A stretch of 43,618 nt of DNA, filler included, from Catajapyx aquilonaris (GCA_000934665.2; 2 parts of 2 records of this genome joined end to end with filler, not necessarily neighbours in it); one strand, 5' to 3'. Counted from the first letter of the whole stretch, positions 1-14,754 are shown. Numbers and translations: made by a program. Notes: generated by a model not told the origin, from the sequence alone.

Positions 1-644
1 GGCTGTAAGGAGCTTGCGGTACACAGGAGATGTCTTTTTTGGCCAAATATCTAGTTACGTCATTCGCAACATGAGGCCTGGCGTTGTCGTGATGGAGACT
101 CCATCCACTCAGGTGGAGTTCCGGGCGTTTTTTTGGCGATGTGCTTCCTGAGAGTCTTGATCACTGAGAGGTAGTACTGTCCGGTGACAGAAGTGTGGCG
201 GGGAACTGCGTATTGGTATCATCAGTCCAAAAAGAATTGTCCCTCGCGTCGAGCGGGCAGCCACGCGTCAGGATGAAAGGAACCAGTTAACTGGTTGAAC
301 TTTCATCCTGACGCGTGGCTGCCCGCTCGACGCGAGGGACAATTCCTTTTGAACCGTTGATACACCATTCCCACGTTTCTGAAAACGTTTTCCCCAGGCG
401 AAAGCAGAATTTGATGGCCGCGTACTGCTCCTCGCGTGTCACATCCATTTCATCAGTGCGAGGCGAAATTGAAGCAGCCATCTTTGCAACGAGCAGTGTA
501 GCCAGACGAATGCTCATACAGTGATGCCATTTGGCCACCTCATTAAACAAAGCCCGCCGTTTTCAAATATATCAATTTCAAAAGTGAAGATTCAAAGCAA
601 TATTTATTAAAAAATAAGTCTCAGTCTTTTTTGATCAGCCCTCG
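1..644 (-). mobile_element. Degenerate, internally deleted mariner (Tc1/mariner) transposon, continuing beyond window start
   Basis: Minus strand gives a mariner N-terminus (EEQYAAIKFCFRLGKT, ORF 287..550) and catalytic-region motifs WSLHHDNARPH and QAPYS(P) at 1-110, with a +1 frameshift in a 7-A run. The terminus reads TA|CGAGGGCTGATCAAAAAAG on the minus strand (TA at 645-646). Confidence 0.9.
234..345. repeat. Foldback palindrome inside the mariner remnant
   Basis: Perfect 46-bp arms (234-279 and 300-345) flank a 16-bp palindrome AACCAGTTAACTGGTT (281-296). Confidence 0.95.
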
Positions 645-1516
645 TAATATATAAACAATCGAATTACACCCGTTTCCTGAGAAAAATCCGAGATACCTCC
701 TTGTTTCCACCTGCAGCATATTTTACTGAAGTATTATCCGCTTGAAATGGCGACCGGATGGCTCTGAAAATCGCGAAAGGAACTTGCATCAAGGAGTGTG
801 GGCAGACTGGGCACATTTTGAACGAGAAATTTGAAGAAACCGCGCAGAAAAGTACTGGTCAAGTTAGAGTAGCACTGCCTGAGGAAAACAAGGCCTGCAC
901 TAGTACTTTGGTGGTATACCGGTCTGATGGTCATCGTGGTTTTATACTCGCATGCTGCTCTGTGAGCGAAAATTCGGTAAGCAAAAACCTAGCTGGAGAG
1001 TATACTGTACCTACTGTAAAATACAATGCAACACGCCCTTAATCTGTGATACACCCTCGCTACGCTGGACTAATGGGAACTCGGCCTTCCCATTGGATCC
1101 ACGCTGTAGCACGTATAGAGTGTGTTTGTGAGTGGTCTTTGATTGTCTGAATTATTTCTGGTTGCTTTTCACTCTTCCTTCACTACTTGAAGAGCACTCA
1201 ATGCTTTTGGGTGAATGATACCGTTCATTGATTCAATCACTGAATTCAAATGGACTTTTTCACCAGATTTGCGTAACAATGTTTTAGTTCAAGCTTCGAA
1301 ATAACTATTTTAAGAATTTATTGTGTCAATTAATAGAAATTAAAATCCGTATGGACTGTGAGAGACCTGGATGTTGGGTAGATGCCAATAAACATAGTTT
1401 TGTTCTAGACTATGATTAATTTTATGTCTGAAAATCCTACACAGAAAACCAAGGTAATCAGCATTTTTAATTGAAAATGCTTAAATTAGCTTTTGTCCTT
1501 CTGATTCTCAATTACA

Positions 1517-1664
1517 CAGGGTGATGCACTGTCCAAGTTCACAAACAATGAAACAACCTGTTTAAATAGATTCCACAATCACAACGCAAGTGAAAAAGAT
1601 TGTTGCCTTTAACTGGTTGCTTGACTTTAGCCGCTTACGTGCCTTTGGCCATTGCCGCACCCTG
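1517..1664. mobile_element. Small MITE-like element with Tc1/mariner-type CAGGGTG termini
   Basis: CAGGGTGATGCACTGTCCAAG ... CTTTGGCCATTGCCGCACCCTG form imperfect TIRs, with TACA on both flanks. Confidence 0.5.
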
Positions 1665-4600
1665 TACACTTCATGTGAGGGGAACAGTGAATAAAATGCG
1701 AGTACTACATGCGGAACTTGTCACTAACTCTTAAAATGTTGTAAGCTAGAATGGAGGTCTCTATTTGATGCCATGTGTTGATGTGCTAGAAATAGTAAGA
1801 AGCGCGGCCTTTGCCCTGGCAGGTGAGTGTCCTGGTGCGTTTACCGACGTGTACAAGACAGGGAAATGGTTGTTAAGGAGCATTTATCCCCATTCCAATC
1901 CACCTGGGAGCCACAAAACAATATTAGTTGCCTCTTAGGGGACTCGCCAGCTGAGAGACCCCTATTGCTACCGATATTTATTTTCACTCTGCTGTCTCTC
2001 GTCTCGCCCGCTTAGGGAGTTCAGCTCTGTTGTTTTTGCTCACCTCCCCGGGTTTCTCTTAGGGATATTTTTAGAAATAATGGCTGTAGGGTAATTACAC
2101 TAGCGTGTGCACTGAAAATGCGGGCTATAGTCTACTAAAATATGAGCCAGCTACGCCCCTGAGAAAATACCATAAATATAATCAATTCCGAGTCCGGAAT
2201 ATTAAACACGATCAACATCATTTTGAAATCTGGCACCAGCATGTGACGCAAATGTAGGTAAACATAATTGGTGTCGTTATTAAAGAAAATGTCAACACAA
2301 ATTCTATACCCACATAATAATCAGCATTCGTTAATGCTCAATGAACGAGGTCAGTTGTTAATATTGGTTCAAGAGAGAAAAATGGTCCCATTGAGGTTTT
2401 TTTTCGACAAAATATGACCAAGATCTTAATAAATAATAACATACATATCCTTGGAAGGTTTATTATTATAGATTATTATAATTGACGCCATGTTTTTATG
2501 CTAAAGGACCTTGCCCAACTTCCCTTTATGCAAGGCGTCTAAACCTGGTTTTTCGATCTGACATTTTTTGGCTTCTAACGTCCTTGGGCCTCAAAATGAC
2601 CCTATATCCTACGGGCAAATGCCGATTTACTGCGAGAATATGCCCCAAGCGATATTTTTCACAGAAAGTCTGACAATGAAGGGTCCAGAAAGAAGCCGTA
2701 ACAATTGCTTCTTTTGGACCTATAGATCGTGGGGTAGCACAAGGCGCAATATTACGGTTAATTTCAACTACTACAAGTAGCCTAAGAATACTTTCTGGTA
2801 AGTCATCTAAATAAGCAAAAATCTGTAGGCGGAGTTTTTAAAAAGACTGTAGTGAACTGATCTAAAGTCCATTGTGTTGTTATTTGGCCAGGTCTACAAA
2901 ATGAAAACTCCTTCACATTACCATATTGTAACATAGTCATGCCTTGCTTTTTCTATGCAAATGGCCTGTAAAATACGCCACTCCTGGGGAAAATATCAGT
3001 TTTCTATCAACGCAAGCATTGACCCGGATGTTTCCAAAACACATGTGTAGGGAAGATTACTTGGCACACCCGGGCTTCTCTCGCCAATAGGAATCAGCAG
3101 CATGGATGACGCAAGCAGCCGGCGCAACGAGTAAACATAAGCAGCTTACAAGTTTGCAAATATTTGAAGCGGTAATTTCTATAGAGTGTCAGTTACTTCT
3201 GCTTTCAATATTTTCCTTCTGGTGGAAGGAAACTATGGTATGCCTAGAAATCACTTCAACACGTCAGTAATTTAACATCGCACGTCTTTGTCCTTGATGT
3301 CCCATTCTCTTACACACAGATTAAGACGCGCCACCTAGCTCACAAAATAGATAACTTACTATAACCTAATCAAATAATTGCATGCACATTGACCCTTTCA
3401 AGGGTATAAGGGGACAAATTATATTGATGCATATGCCAGCTACCAGATTTTCAAAAACCTTTGAAATATTCACCAATAGTTATAATTGCTTCTCTTTACA
3501 CTGGTTGCCGGAGGGTGGAGTTTATAGCACTCAAATTTCTCACCTTTCCCCCTTTAAGAATAAGAACATGCGAAGTGGACATCTCTCAATACACAAGCTG
3601 CAAATTACAGTATGCGAAAGTTTCGCCTTGCACAAAAAATTGTCTTTCGTATACATTTTCAACAACGTAGCGTGAATACGATCTATCTAGAATCTTAAAT
3701 TTGTAGCTGCCTCTCTCTTTATCCCGATAAATGGATGTAGCTCGAAATAGGGAATCATTCTCCGAACGTACGGTTGACGCACCGTGGAAGAAACGACCCT
3801 TTTTCAGTGTCTTTATTGCCGCGATTTGAGATGAAACATTACACCGGAGTAGACTCTTCTATCTGGTGGGCAGCGTGTATTGGGCAGTTGGAAGGTGTGC
3901 TGTAGAGTCCACGGGAAAAAAGGGGGAGGTAAGAAAGACGACGGGCGGAGGTCATAATCGCCCTATAAAAGAACCGTGGACGACCTGATGAAAACTGATC
4001 CAGACGGCGAGAAGCTGGGGGAAATGGCAAAGGGGCCCAGCAGAAAATATCGAGCTTCCCCCCTCCTAGTCACACACACACATTTTTTTCCAGTCTGGAA
4101 CGAGTCCCCTCCAGAGGTGATTTGCGGGACCCTTTCGCCATTTCCGGACTCGGGACACCGCCAATTCTTTATCACACATCCTTGTGTTTAGCTCAACCTG
4201 AAGAATGTGAAGGGAAAAGGAGTTACTGACACGGAAAATATGGTCTGCCAAATTAGGACTAAAACGGTTTGTGAAGTCCCGCTGAGGGATTAAGCAGGTT
4301 TTTACATCACCTGGAGAGTGGAGGCAGTTCAGAGATAAGTGTTTGCGCTATCCTTCTCCGGATTGTGTAATCAACGGTTGCAGGCGCGACTTTAACGGAA
4401 TTCAATTGCGCGCACCGTGAGGACGCCCCCCTTTGTTTATAAACTAAATTTTGGATTAGAAGCCATTCAGGGTAAGGACGCTCTAACCTGGCATTGAAAC
4501 ACAACGTAATAAGCCGGAGAACAAAAGAGATAATCTCTTTACTAGATGGCAGCATCATTAATTCATTAAAGAGCACTGGTGCATTGTCATAGGGCAAATA

Positions 4601-7600
4601 TAATCGTGCGGAAGAAATCCCCCCTCTAGCGCCCGTAAATTATGACACATGTGGGCTGAAATTCTGCCAGTGCAGATCATGGCATAAAATAACTGACATT
4701 TGGGGCTTCCACTGCATCTCATATTAGGTTTATCAAGGCTTGGCGCGGATTACTTTTCATAAAAAGGTGCCAATACAAGAGGGCTAATGAACAAGCTCGT
4801 GCATATTCATGAACTAGGTGTCTGCATTGATCGTTGAAAGAGGATTTGTGCCGTTTCCAAAGATGATGATATGTTTTCTATTAATTTATTGGTGAATAAT
4901 GCATTAGCTGCTGTAATATTACGTAATGCCGTTTTAAACTGGATTTATGGACGCAATCAGTGAGCACGTGCGACAAGTCAGAAGGTTAGTCAATATACTG
5001 TGCATTCAGTAAGCTTTGTGTAAATTACGCAGATGAAAAAATAGAGACCTTCCTATCGTGTAATTTAATATTACTGTAGTTTTCACCTGTAGATACAATA
5101 TTGTTGAAGTCACTTGTATGTCAGTAAGTATCAAGTTTATTGCATAACAAGTGCCTTGTTGATTATTTCGGCAATATTTACGTAGCTAACAAATATCTTA
5201 ATATAAAATTACTTTTAGTAGTTACGCATTGCTCTGCAGTAATATTCTACCTTTTTCATTGGAATACTTAGAGCTCTGTAATGGCTAAGAGGAGGCCACA
5301 ACAAGCAATACGTTGTGTGAAACTTTAGACACAAAGGGTTGAAAACAGGTGTTTAAAACGCGCTAATATCCAAAAAACCTAAATGTACGTCCTAGAATTA
5401 GCACGCTATAAGCAGCTGAAAGCAGCATCGTGAACCCAAACTAGGTGCATCCAATCGATGGGTCCTGGAAAAGGGGGTTTTCTAATAGGGGTAATCACTA
5501 TGCATTGGAGTAAATGGAATTGTTTGGAGCAAATCTGGCAACTGCGTCTCGGTTTCATATTTCCAGGTATAATGAACCCTAGGAAGACTCATTAGACAGT
5601 GTCCTCCAAGCGTAGGTTCATACCGGGAATCCCTGTGAAGTCAGTGCTTTCTGCAGGGGGTAGATGGGGAATGTTCGTTACATTAGCGCACGTGTCGCAA
5701 AATGGCTGTCACTTCCCTCAGAAGCTGGTTTCTGTAACTGCATAGCTAAGCAGCACAAGTCCCCTCCCCCTTTCCCCCCTGTAAGTATGCATTTACTCTT
5801 TGCTCAACTCATTACAGGGAGAGGCTCTTCTCTTGATTAGTCAAGCCCAGTGGGCGGGTATTTAATGCACCATTGCGCGCATTATCCTTCAGGAGCCCGT
5901 CAGAGTCTCGCATCCCCCTGCACTTTCTTTAACACGAACCAGACCCCCTAACCATCGCGCAATTATCGTGTCTACAGAGTGGCTTTGCGGGTTTACTTTC
6001 CGACGACATGAATAATACCATTCCTGGACTCCACGGTTTCGCTACCAGACGCGGAGACCCCGTTCCAAGGGTTAATATTTGCTGCCAGCAAAGTAGATGC
6101 TATTTTACTTAAGTGGGCTTAGGCCAAGATTAAGTTGGGGCTTAACATCCGCACATGTGCGGGGCTAGAAACCGGGAAAGGACCGTTTTCCGGAGCTCCT
6201 TTAGTCCGGATGTTTAATCCCCAGACCATAATTCTAGCCCTGCATAAAAATAGGTCCAGAGGGGTTTATTGTGTACTTTGGGTGCACAAAATGGAACAAT
6301 CTTACTGCTACTGCTGCTAGGGATCCACTGCTCTTGGAACCTTCTAACATCAGAGATGAAATGGCGTGTTTTGTGAATGTTACGTAAGGAAGATGCTTTC
6401 AGATTATTTTGCTTCCTACAATACATCAAGTGGTCCCGGATAGCATTCTAGCTGGGCTTCGCCAGTTGAGGGTCATGAAGAGAACTTGGAAACCTGGCCT
6501 AGCACTGTACAGTTCAAGTAGACGGATCCTATGGGCAATGCGATCTAACAGCTAGGGTTCAAGTATGTACGACGTACTTGTCACGATATTACCTTTCCTG
6601 GCAGCATAGTTCTCAAATGTATATAGAAGTAATTACTGCAGTCCTTGGAGGTGTACGATACTTTGGGTCGAGTACTAGATCGCCTGACATCTTAGACTGG
6701 AAATAATCCACTAAAGAAAGACGAACGTAATTCAGGGATTGATTTTTTTCCTCTACTTATAGTTGGGTATTTGTGTGTGTAGGCTAATGGAAATATGGGA
6801 TGGAGTCATCTAAGGTCAACAAACTGCCATCGTGCATATTGATGGGGGATTCGCCTTGACAGATTGCTACCCTTGATTCATGCAGTTACTTAGGCTATGC
6901 GGCTGCTTTTTGTAGAATATGCTAACAGGGAACAACTATGATTGCAACTGTTATCATAGCATTTATTGATCTCTTTTACATTATTACGATATTAGCATAG
7001 ATTGCACAATGTCAATGAAAGAGTGTAGGCGCTTTGACATTATGGGGCAGACACGTTCGAGATGTGGTTGCGATGGCCTTGCCCTCGATTCAGAGGTGAG
7101 AAAATTCGTTTGCGTCATCCTGACCTTTTTAAAGCGAGTCTGACAATCTAGTGTAGAAAATCTTATAACCTCATATTGCTAGAATGTAATGTGGGTTTCA
7201 TCGCTGGAGGGTATGGGAGGACGGGAGGATGAAATATGTAATTATAACCCTCCTCCTCATTCAAGGAACATTATTGGAACTTCACATTCACTTGGAATTT
7301 ACTGTATGCAAGTGAGAGGGAAACCGAGAGCTTCTTCATTATAATTGTAAGTTTATATTGTACTTTTAAGTTAAGCAGTATTAATGTTTGCTTATATTGC
7401 GTCTCTCGGAAACTTTCGGCTGCTTTCATTGTGGTGTTATACAGCACTTCCCCAAGGTACTTGTGAATTCTACCATCAAACTTCGAGGATCAGTTCCTCT
7501 ACAACAATCAGGTGATCGTTTTATGTATAATTATTTGGCTGGCGCCTCCGCCTGACTGCCGAGGGGTATAACTGGTTTCCAACACAATGTATGAAACACC

Positions 7601-10600
7601 TTTCCAAGTATGGCGTTTCCACTAGCTTACAATTTAAAATTAAAATTTCAACAATTTGTTACTGTACGTGACAATCAAAAAAATTATTTGTTAATTAATT
7701 GATGATTCATAAGCTGCAATGAGACTCTGGAGAAGAAGAGGAAGCACTTCTGCTTTCATTGTTATCTATCACACTAATTACAGTAAGCCGCTAATAACTT
7801 AGGCCGAAAGTGACAGTTTCATCCTAGCCTTTATGCTTTCCGCTCCACAAGCGAGCCACATGGTTTGCCCTTCTGAGTCAGGATAAAGCAAAGTGGAGCG
7901 TGAGAAAAAACTGCTGGGCACGGCTGGGCATTGGTGCATACGTGAGTAGATGGTATGCATGACTTACTGTCAGTTGTATCAACACACATTAGCATAAAAA
8001 CTACGATTATATATTATAAATACAAGTAGATATTCTAAGAGTTTTCTTAATTTGCTGTCATACAACTGGCCAGAAGACAATGTTTTACTGAATTCCACTT
8101 CTGGGGTTCCTAAAGTTGATATCCCGACAGGGGAAGAATTTTTCTTATGGGAATAAGTTTTTGGATCACTTTTTGTGAGTTTGCTTGATTTTCATTATCA
8201 GTGTGTTGGTGAATCATATTCACTAGCAGCCAGATGTAACCAATTAGGTTGAATCATGGTTTTAGTATTATTTTTTAAGACCCTACGTGGCAATCCGATT
8301 ATAGTAAATGGCGAAGTTAACTTATAACAGACGCTATTTGAACTGTGACATAAGCGACAACAAGTTAATGATAAAAATGTGTCTGATTGTAGGTCTTAAA
8401 GAAAAAAGTCATACTTTATGTCTAATATTTTGTGACGTCAAAAATCCCATAAAATATGTTGTGGGTTGAAAGTTCAACTCCGCTCTACATCAGAAATGCC
8501 ACTTTTCATGCCTAATAATTAATACGATTTACGATTTATGATCAACAAGCAGAAATGTGATGACTTCATATTTAAAAACATCACATTTTCAACCGTAAAT
8601 GTGAATGTGCCTCATTTCCACCAACCTGACCCCCACCCCCCTTTTTACAGCCGACATTGCGGCTGGTCTTAAAGCATTTCAAACTGCGCCTAAGTAGGTA
8701 AGGGGATTTCCGGTAATAGAGGCTAGGAAACGACCCGCGGCATCAAATTGAATGTAGGGATATTTATTTGGCCATTACTGGAGGCCTAATCCATCTTTCA
8801 ATAGCCTGGTTAGATGGTCCCAATTTATTCCACAGCTCGTGCAAGAAATCGACGGCCTATAACCGGCCCTCATTTTAACGTCAGGCTTGAGTAGAAAAAC
8901 TTGGCCAAGTGGAAGGTAGTGAAGAATGGGGAATTTTCAGGGTATCTTCCCTCCACTGGCTTCCTCCCTCGACCATCTCGACACCCCCTCTCTCACACAA
9001 CCTGTTCCCCATTCCCCAAGAATCTCGTAAATCATCGTTTTATTCAGGTCTTTGTGTCACCCTAGTCGGTTATATTTCAAGGCCCCCTTGTTGTCCACAT
9101 GTGTGCGCCAGGAGCTATTTTATAATGCTTTATAACTCAACGGAATATAACATTCACTTGCGCAGTTCCAAGGCCGCGTTTGCCCCCCTTTCCTTCCTGA
9201 AAGGAAATGGAATTTCACAGGCTCCTAATTCTTAAGGAAACATTTACCACTTCATTTTAAGTAAGGAAGTGTTTTGTCCTGGGGCCACTTTTTTCTGCGA
9301 AAGGAATTTCTTTAATGAGCCTAGCATGCTCAGGTTATAGAACAGCTAGTCAGGTTTTCTCCGTGACATTAGCCAAGTGAATGTTCATCTTGAAAGTACA
9401 ATGGTCCTACAAATATTTACTCGTGGGAATTGCACTAGTAATGAGAACGCCCAGAATGAGATATATAGGACGTAGGCCTTAAGCAAATGTTTATTATTTC
9501 AATTGAATTAAACGGCGAGCAAACTCATTCTCTCCTCCTTCATTCATGATATTCATCAGGTAGCTCTTGTTCAACACCCAGTAACAGAAAAGGAGTTAAA
9601 AACTGAACATTTTTTAACAAGTACCGGTACTTTAACTATCAGCCCTATTTACAACTCATAACCGAACCAATGCAATGCTTGGAAACATTTTCTCTACATT
9701 TAATTTGCTCAACGTAATGACGCATAATTAACATGCACCATAGCGGCCTGAATAAAAGGGCAATTTGAACAATTATAATGGCACTGCATTATATTTCTTT
9801 TCAAAGTTTCTGAATCACGACTTTGCATTGTTCGGAAGGGAAATGAATCCGCCTTTCTTTATACACGACGCCTGGGAGAAGTGAACACGCTCTTTGCGTG
9901 GCTGGAGGATTATGCCGATACTATCTCGCATGGAGTTACAATGCAATTAGGTTGGAGGTGACGGTCCGAATGGTCGTTTTCAGAGCCCTAAAACCGGCAG
10001 AATTTGGCCGATTGTACTCTTACAACTGCCTCCGTCCAATCTCGGTTGGAAAAGACTCCCTGCCACACTCCATTGTAAATGGGAAGAATCGAGACTGAAG
10101 AAAGCATGAAACGTATCATTCTTTCTTTCCTACCCTTTATAGTGTAAGAATTGAGTGCCCCAGAATTTGATTGCTGCAGTAGGGGCCTACTTAAATAGAA
10201 CAAAATAATAATACAATGCAATATATTAGGTGTAGCTGGATTAATTAGCTTTGTCAAAATGCTGATGTGGAAATAAGAAGCGAGCTCATTTTTGCTTGCC
10301 TTTGACTGAAATTTTGTATGCTCAGTAAAGTAATAATATAAACAAGTGACTTTAAAAGCTATTTGTTAAGTGATGGTTTTCACTTTTCCTAGAATTTTAA
10401 AATCTGCGAACATTTTTCAGTTACGCCGTCCAAAGTATTGAGACAAATAAGCCACTAAATCTTGAAAATATTTTCTCTGTCGCATCATTAATTGCTCCAG
10501 AAATTACGGAAATTTACAATCTCCTATGTCAGAAAACTCACGCACTCCATATTAAGTTAGTCCGTTGGAAACATGTTACACTGTCATAGTAATGTCATTA

Positions 10601-13600
10601 CTTATTACCTGCAAGACACGTTTAATAAAAATTAAATAATTTGAGGGAAGGCGTAGGCTTGGATGAGGCAATGTAGCGCTGTGTCAGAAACAAAACTGCG
10701 ATAGGACTTAACATACACGATCCTGCATGAATAAAATATTTTTGACGCTTGATAACGTACCGTGAGTAATTTGTACGCTTATTAGTGAGAATATAATTAA
10801 ACTCGGGCTACATCAATAATACTGTTTTCATACAGTATCGTACCTAACGTTTTGTGAGTGAATAATTATGTATTTTCTGCCACTATTTCGGACGGAAAAT
10901 TAGCATACATTTATGGCTGATTATTTCGTATGCCTTCTACAGTAATAAAGAAATCGGAAAAAATCGTGCATGTGAAAATATGTAATGTTACAATATTTAC
11001 AATAAAATATTTTTTTAGATGTCTGGTTGTTCCGCGGCGGTACGGAAACGTACAGTAACCTCCATGAATACATGCATACAACAATATTGTACATTGTGAA
11101 TTTTTCATTCATTTTCTAACCTCGCAAAATTTGAATTTTATTACATGCCTGATTTATCAGGATATGAATTGATGTTATGACAAATATTTCTCAAATGTCA
11201 GTAGAAAATTCAGATACAGTAATGATAACTTGTGTCTATGGAAGCATTCCTTGGGCTTAAAGTCCATTAAAACTTTCTCGGTAGTTTAAAAAAAAATAGC
11301 ATTTCACATAATGCAAGCCTAGCTTGACGCTGCAGAGGTCGCATCATCAGTGTTAGCGCTCCAAAGTAGGCTTACCAGTCAGTTTGACATTCCTTGCGCA
11401 AAATGGGCAATGACCGTGGCATATAAGAACGAGGCACATTCCAAGTATGGTTGAGGCGTGATACCACAAACCACCCTGGACCTAATAACAGCGAGCAGGT
11501 CCGCACACCATGTTGCCTCAGCGGAATAACACCTTTTGCATTTTGGGTACACGCTAGTGAGAGGAAAAAGCGCGTTGATGCAGGTCCGTTGTGGGGCAAT
11601 AGAACACGGAGCCGGTGCGCTCCGTTTCCCTTCAGCCCATTCCGTCTGGTATAACTGCGTTAGGGCGCCATCACGGCCTTGTTCAGTGTGCTGTACCTCC
11701 TTCTCCCTGCGCCTCGTAATGGGTTTAAGACAGCCAACGCAAACTCTCGTTTCTCTTCTTTCCACTTCTAACCCCCACGTGGGACACTGACCAGAGGCCA
11801 GCAAGGAAAATGCAGTTAGGTAACGGAAAAACATTGCAGATATGTCGCCATAGCCCATGAATAATTTATGCCAGTACCCAAAACTCAAGGCTATTTTTGA
11901 AACTGTGATACTATTTTATATTGTCAATCCGACGACCCTGATACTATGTCTAGATTCGGTATAAAGTAAGCAAAACAAATGCTTTTCTACCCACCGAATA
12001 AACTGCAACAGGGTGCTTTGCCACATTGATACATTTGATTGTAGTATTATTGTCAATTAGCAGTGCAAACGTCCTGTGGCTAAGCATATAGTTGGGATGA
12101 AGCCTAGAGGGCCTACATCATTGGTAGAGTCCACAGGTTTTTATACTTACAAGTACACCGCAGTGTATGCTTCATTAAAATATGCAATGGAATTCCTATA
12201 TACCGGCGAGCTTTGCAAGAGAGAAACTACTGTAGGGTACGCAAGTAATGTCTTGATAATTAATTCAACGGAGCTTATATCCGGGCTCACTAGGCCACTT
12301 TGGTTACTGTTTCGTATAGAAGACGCGTGCACTATGCCTACATATACCACATAGAAGCGGGAGAGAAATGTGGTTTCACTTTCTCAAGGGTCCTTTACCG
12401 TTCGGGAAGGCCGAGTGCGAAGTCGCCCACCTGAGCCCGGAAGTTAACTTTATACTCGCCGGCCACAAATTATTCAAAGAGAGCAGTATATCTAATTTGT
12501 AGCGCCATCGCCTTTTGCAGCTTGTTATCATGCATGTGTGTCAGAGGGGAACACAAGAAGGAGCGGCCAGGCGAAGTTAGATGTCAAACTTCGGCTCTTG
12601 TTAGCGCTTGTTTTTGTGAGATGAGCGAAGAGGGGTTTTTATGGCCAACATTTTGTGTACTCAACACAGTGCTCGCAGTAATAAAAACAAACAAAGCTGC
12701 ATAATCCGACGCACTGATCCACCCAAAATATTGACGTCTTCCTGATGGGATTTGACACTTCATCCGAAAACACAGTAATAATTCCGACCTTTCGGATAGT
12801 TAATCCTGCGCCCGTCCAAATATTTGATGGGCGAATAGGAGAAAAGATCTGCGTGCCTAGGGCATCATTGTGTGGTCAAATTATCCCAAAATTCCCTGCA
12901 AATAAGGATTAATAGCAACTATTTAGTGAAGTCAACTTGTCAGCTACTAATCTGTCTAATTTTGAAAATTCATACTGCAAAACCGTATTTTGCACCGTAT
13001 ATTTTCTTAGTGTACACAATTTTTTTTAAAGCTTCAAACATGCATTATCATTATTAATCACGCAAAACTAAATTTTGTGAAAACACTATACTCTCTTGGG
13101 CTACTTAGGTTTAATATACATTACAGTGCAAGGCTGCATAACTTTGTTCTGCGATCGAATTAATGGCAGATTGCTCGCTGAGATTTGAAATACCTTTATT
13201 AGACGTATCAAATTAGACTGCTACGATATGAATTACCATGTTCGTTTTCATTGCCTGGGAGGAATCATAGTCATGTATTGAGTTTATGAGAGTGCTGGCC
13301 GTAATTACGCTGGAGACATTTGGAACTGCAGTTCGCCGAAACAGGAATTTTCTGCGAGCTGCTTTATAATTAACTCTCACAGGGGGATTCAGATGACTCA
13401 AAGTCACGAAGTTAGCAGAATAATGACTGAGAATAGGAAACGTAAGCGATTTGATACACCCATGCTAAGTGCGTCAGTGTGCGTGTATTATTAAGTTGTG
13501 CCGCAGTTTCCGCAAGATGTGCCATGAAATAGTTAATTAAATGGGGTGGCATCTCCAGGCATAAACCGTGACCATTAAATGTGAAGTTAATTCCCCTCGT

Positions 13601-13980
13601 ATATAGTTCGTAAATCTTGCTGCAGTTAGGATGATAGTGTAGGATATATCTAGTGCTCACTTACATGGTCCTATCAATTCCCCGGGTATATACACAATTA
13701 GCACCTGCTTCTTAATCTCGCTACTAAAATAATGGTTAAATACTTGTTTGCTTTCTTGTACATCAGGTTAAGGTATGCCTCACCCTACAGGATGTTTCAT
13801 AAGGAATCCAAAATATTTGGAGGCGGATTTTTTGGACACCAAGGCTCATTGTAGTTTCTGGATTTTTGAAGTTACTGAGATAATGATCATGAAACAGAGA
13901 GTTCACTCTGCTGTTATTTTGCATCAGTATAGCCTTCTATAATATTATTGCCTAATACATCGCAGTTTATATTTAAACTT

Positions 13981-14225
13981 TATGTAGTGGTTAGAGCCAC
14001 AGCCTTCCACTACCTTTAAGGTCCGAGTTCGATCCCCATATCGGACAGAGGATTCTTATGCGGATAGAGTTTCGATGGATTCTCTCCGTGTTCGCGTGGG
14101 TTTTCTCGAGGTTCTCCCGTTTCCTCCAACTATCAAAATCCATCACAGCAAAGGCAATGATTGAAGTCGTTCAATTAAAAGATGGTCCCCTAAAAAAGCC
14201 CAAGGAGGCTTATCACGGGGTATCC

Positions 14226-14226
<1 letters not shown>
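13981..14226 (+). mobile_element. tRNA-derived SINE with V-SINE-like central domain and (ATT)n tail
   Basis: A-box-like TAGTGGTTAGAG (about 13985-13996) and B-box GTTCGATCCC (14027-14036). TTCTCTCCGTGTTCGCGTGGGTTTTCTCGAGGTTCTCCCGTTTCCTCC (about 14080-14128) resembles the V-domain consensus. It runs into the microsatellite. Confidence 0.8.
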
Positions 14227-14297
<71 letters not shown>

Positions 14298-14361
14298 GTT
14301 ATTGTTATCATTATTATTGTTATTGTTATTGTTATTGTTGTTATTGTTATTGTTGTTGTTG
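14227..14361. repeat. (ATT/ATC/GTT)n microsatellite
   Basis: Directly visible; source of the poly-I/L/V pseudo-ORFs. Confidence 0.98.
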
Positions 14362-14708
14362 TTTTTTATATATATACCCCGTTATAGGGCCATAGGCCCT
14401 TATAGGGGAGTGGGACACCACCATTTTTCGTTCGATTTTCTATATTTTTCTTCCAACTCCGGTGCAAGGACGAAAGGACATGGGGTAAGGATAGGGATTT
14501 ATTGGGGAGGGAACATAGGTGCAAGTGCAATGTCAACAAATGGGTCATGTGCTGTTCCCCAGGAGGTTAGGTTGCCAGACACCTCCTTGGTGCAGGTCAG
14601 AGACCCTCCTGACGCAGGTGAAAGGAAAGTTCCCCAGGCGGGGATCGAACCTGGGGCCTTTCACTCAGCAAGCCGTGACGTTACCATCACGGCCACCACA
14701 CCTCCCCC
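14362..14708 (-). mobile_element. tRNA-derived SINE (family 2)
   Basis: Minus strand has A-box TGGCCGTGATGG (14684-14695) and B-box GGTTCGATCCCC (14640-14651). The 3' region ATGGTGGTGTCCCACTCCCCTA..AAGGGCC is followed by an A-rich/(AAC/AAT)n tail. Confidence 0.85.
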
Positions 14709-14710
14709 AA

Positions 14711-14713
14711 TTG

Positions 14714-14754
<41 letters not shown>

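Noticed and set aside
3735..4306. LTR-like segment (TG start, TTTATT, TATAAAA, TTACA end)
   Set aside because: No TSD or clear inverted termini found.
6137..6240. Short inverted repeats here and at about 2682-2720
   Set aside because: Too short and degenerate to define an element; likely old transposon interiors.
8658..9368. Second LTR-like segment ending GTGACA
   Set aside because: The 5' end and TSD could not be defined.
11379..11888. 169-aa minus-strand ORF and overlapping ORFs
   Set aside because: No recognisable domain, non-ATG start, and repeat-like context; probably a degenerate transposon interior.
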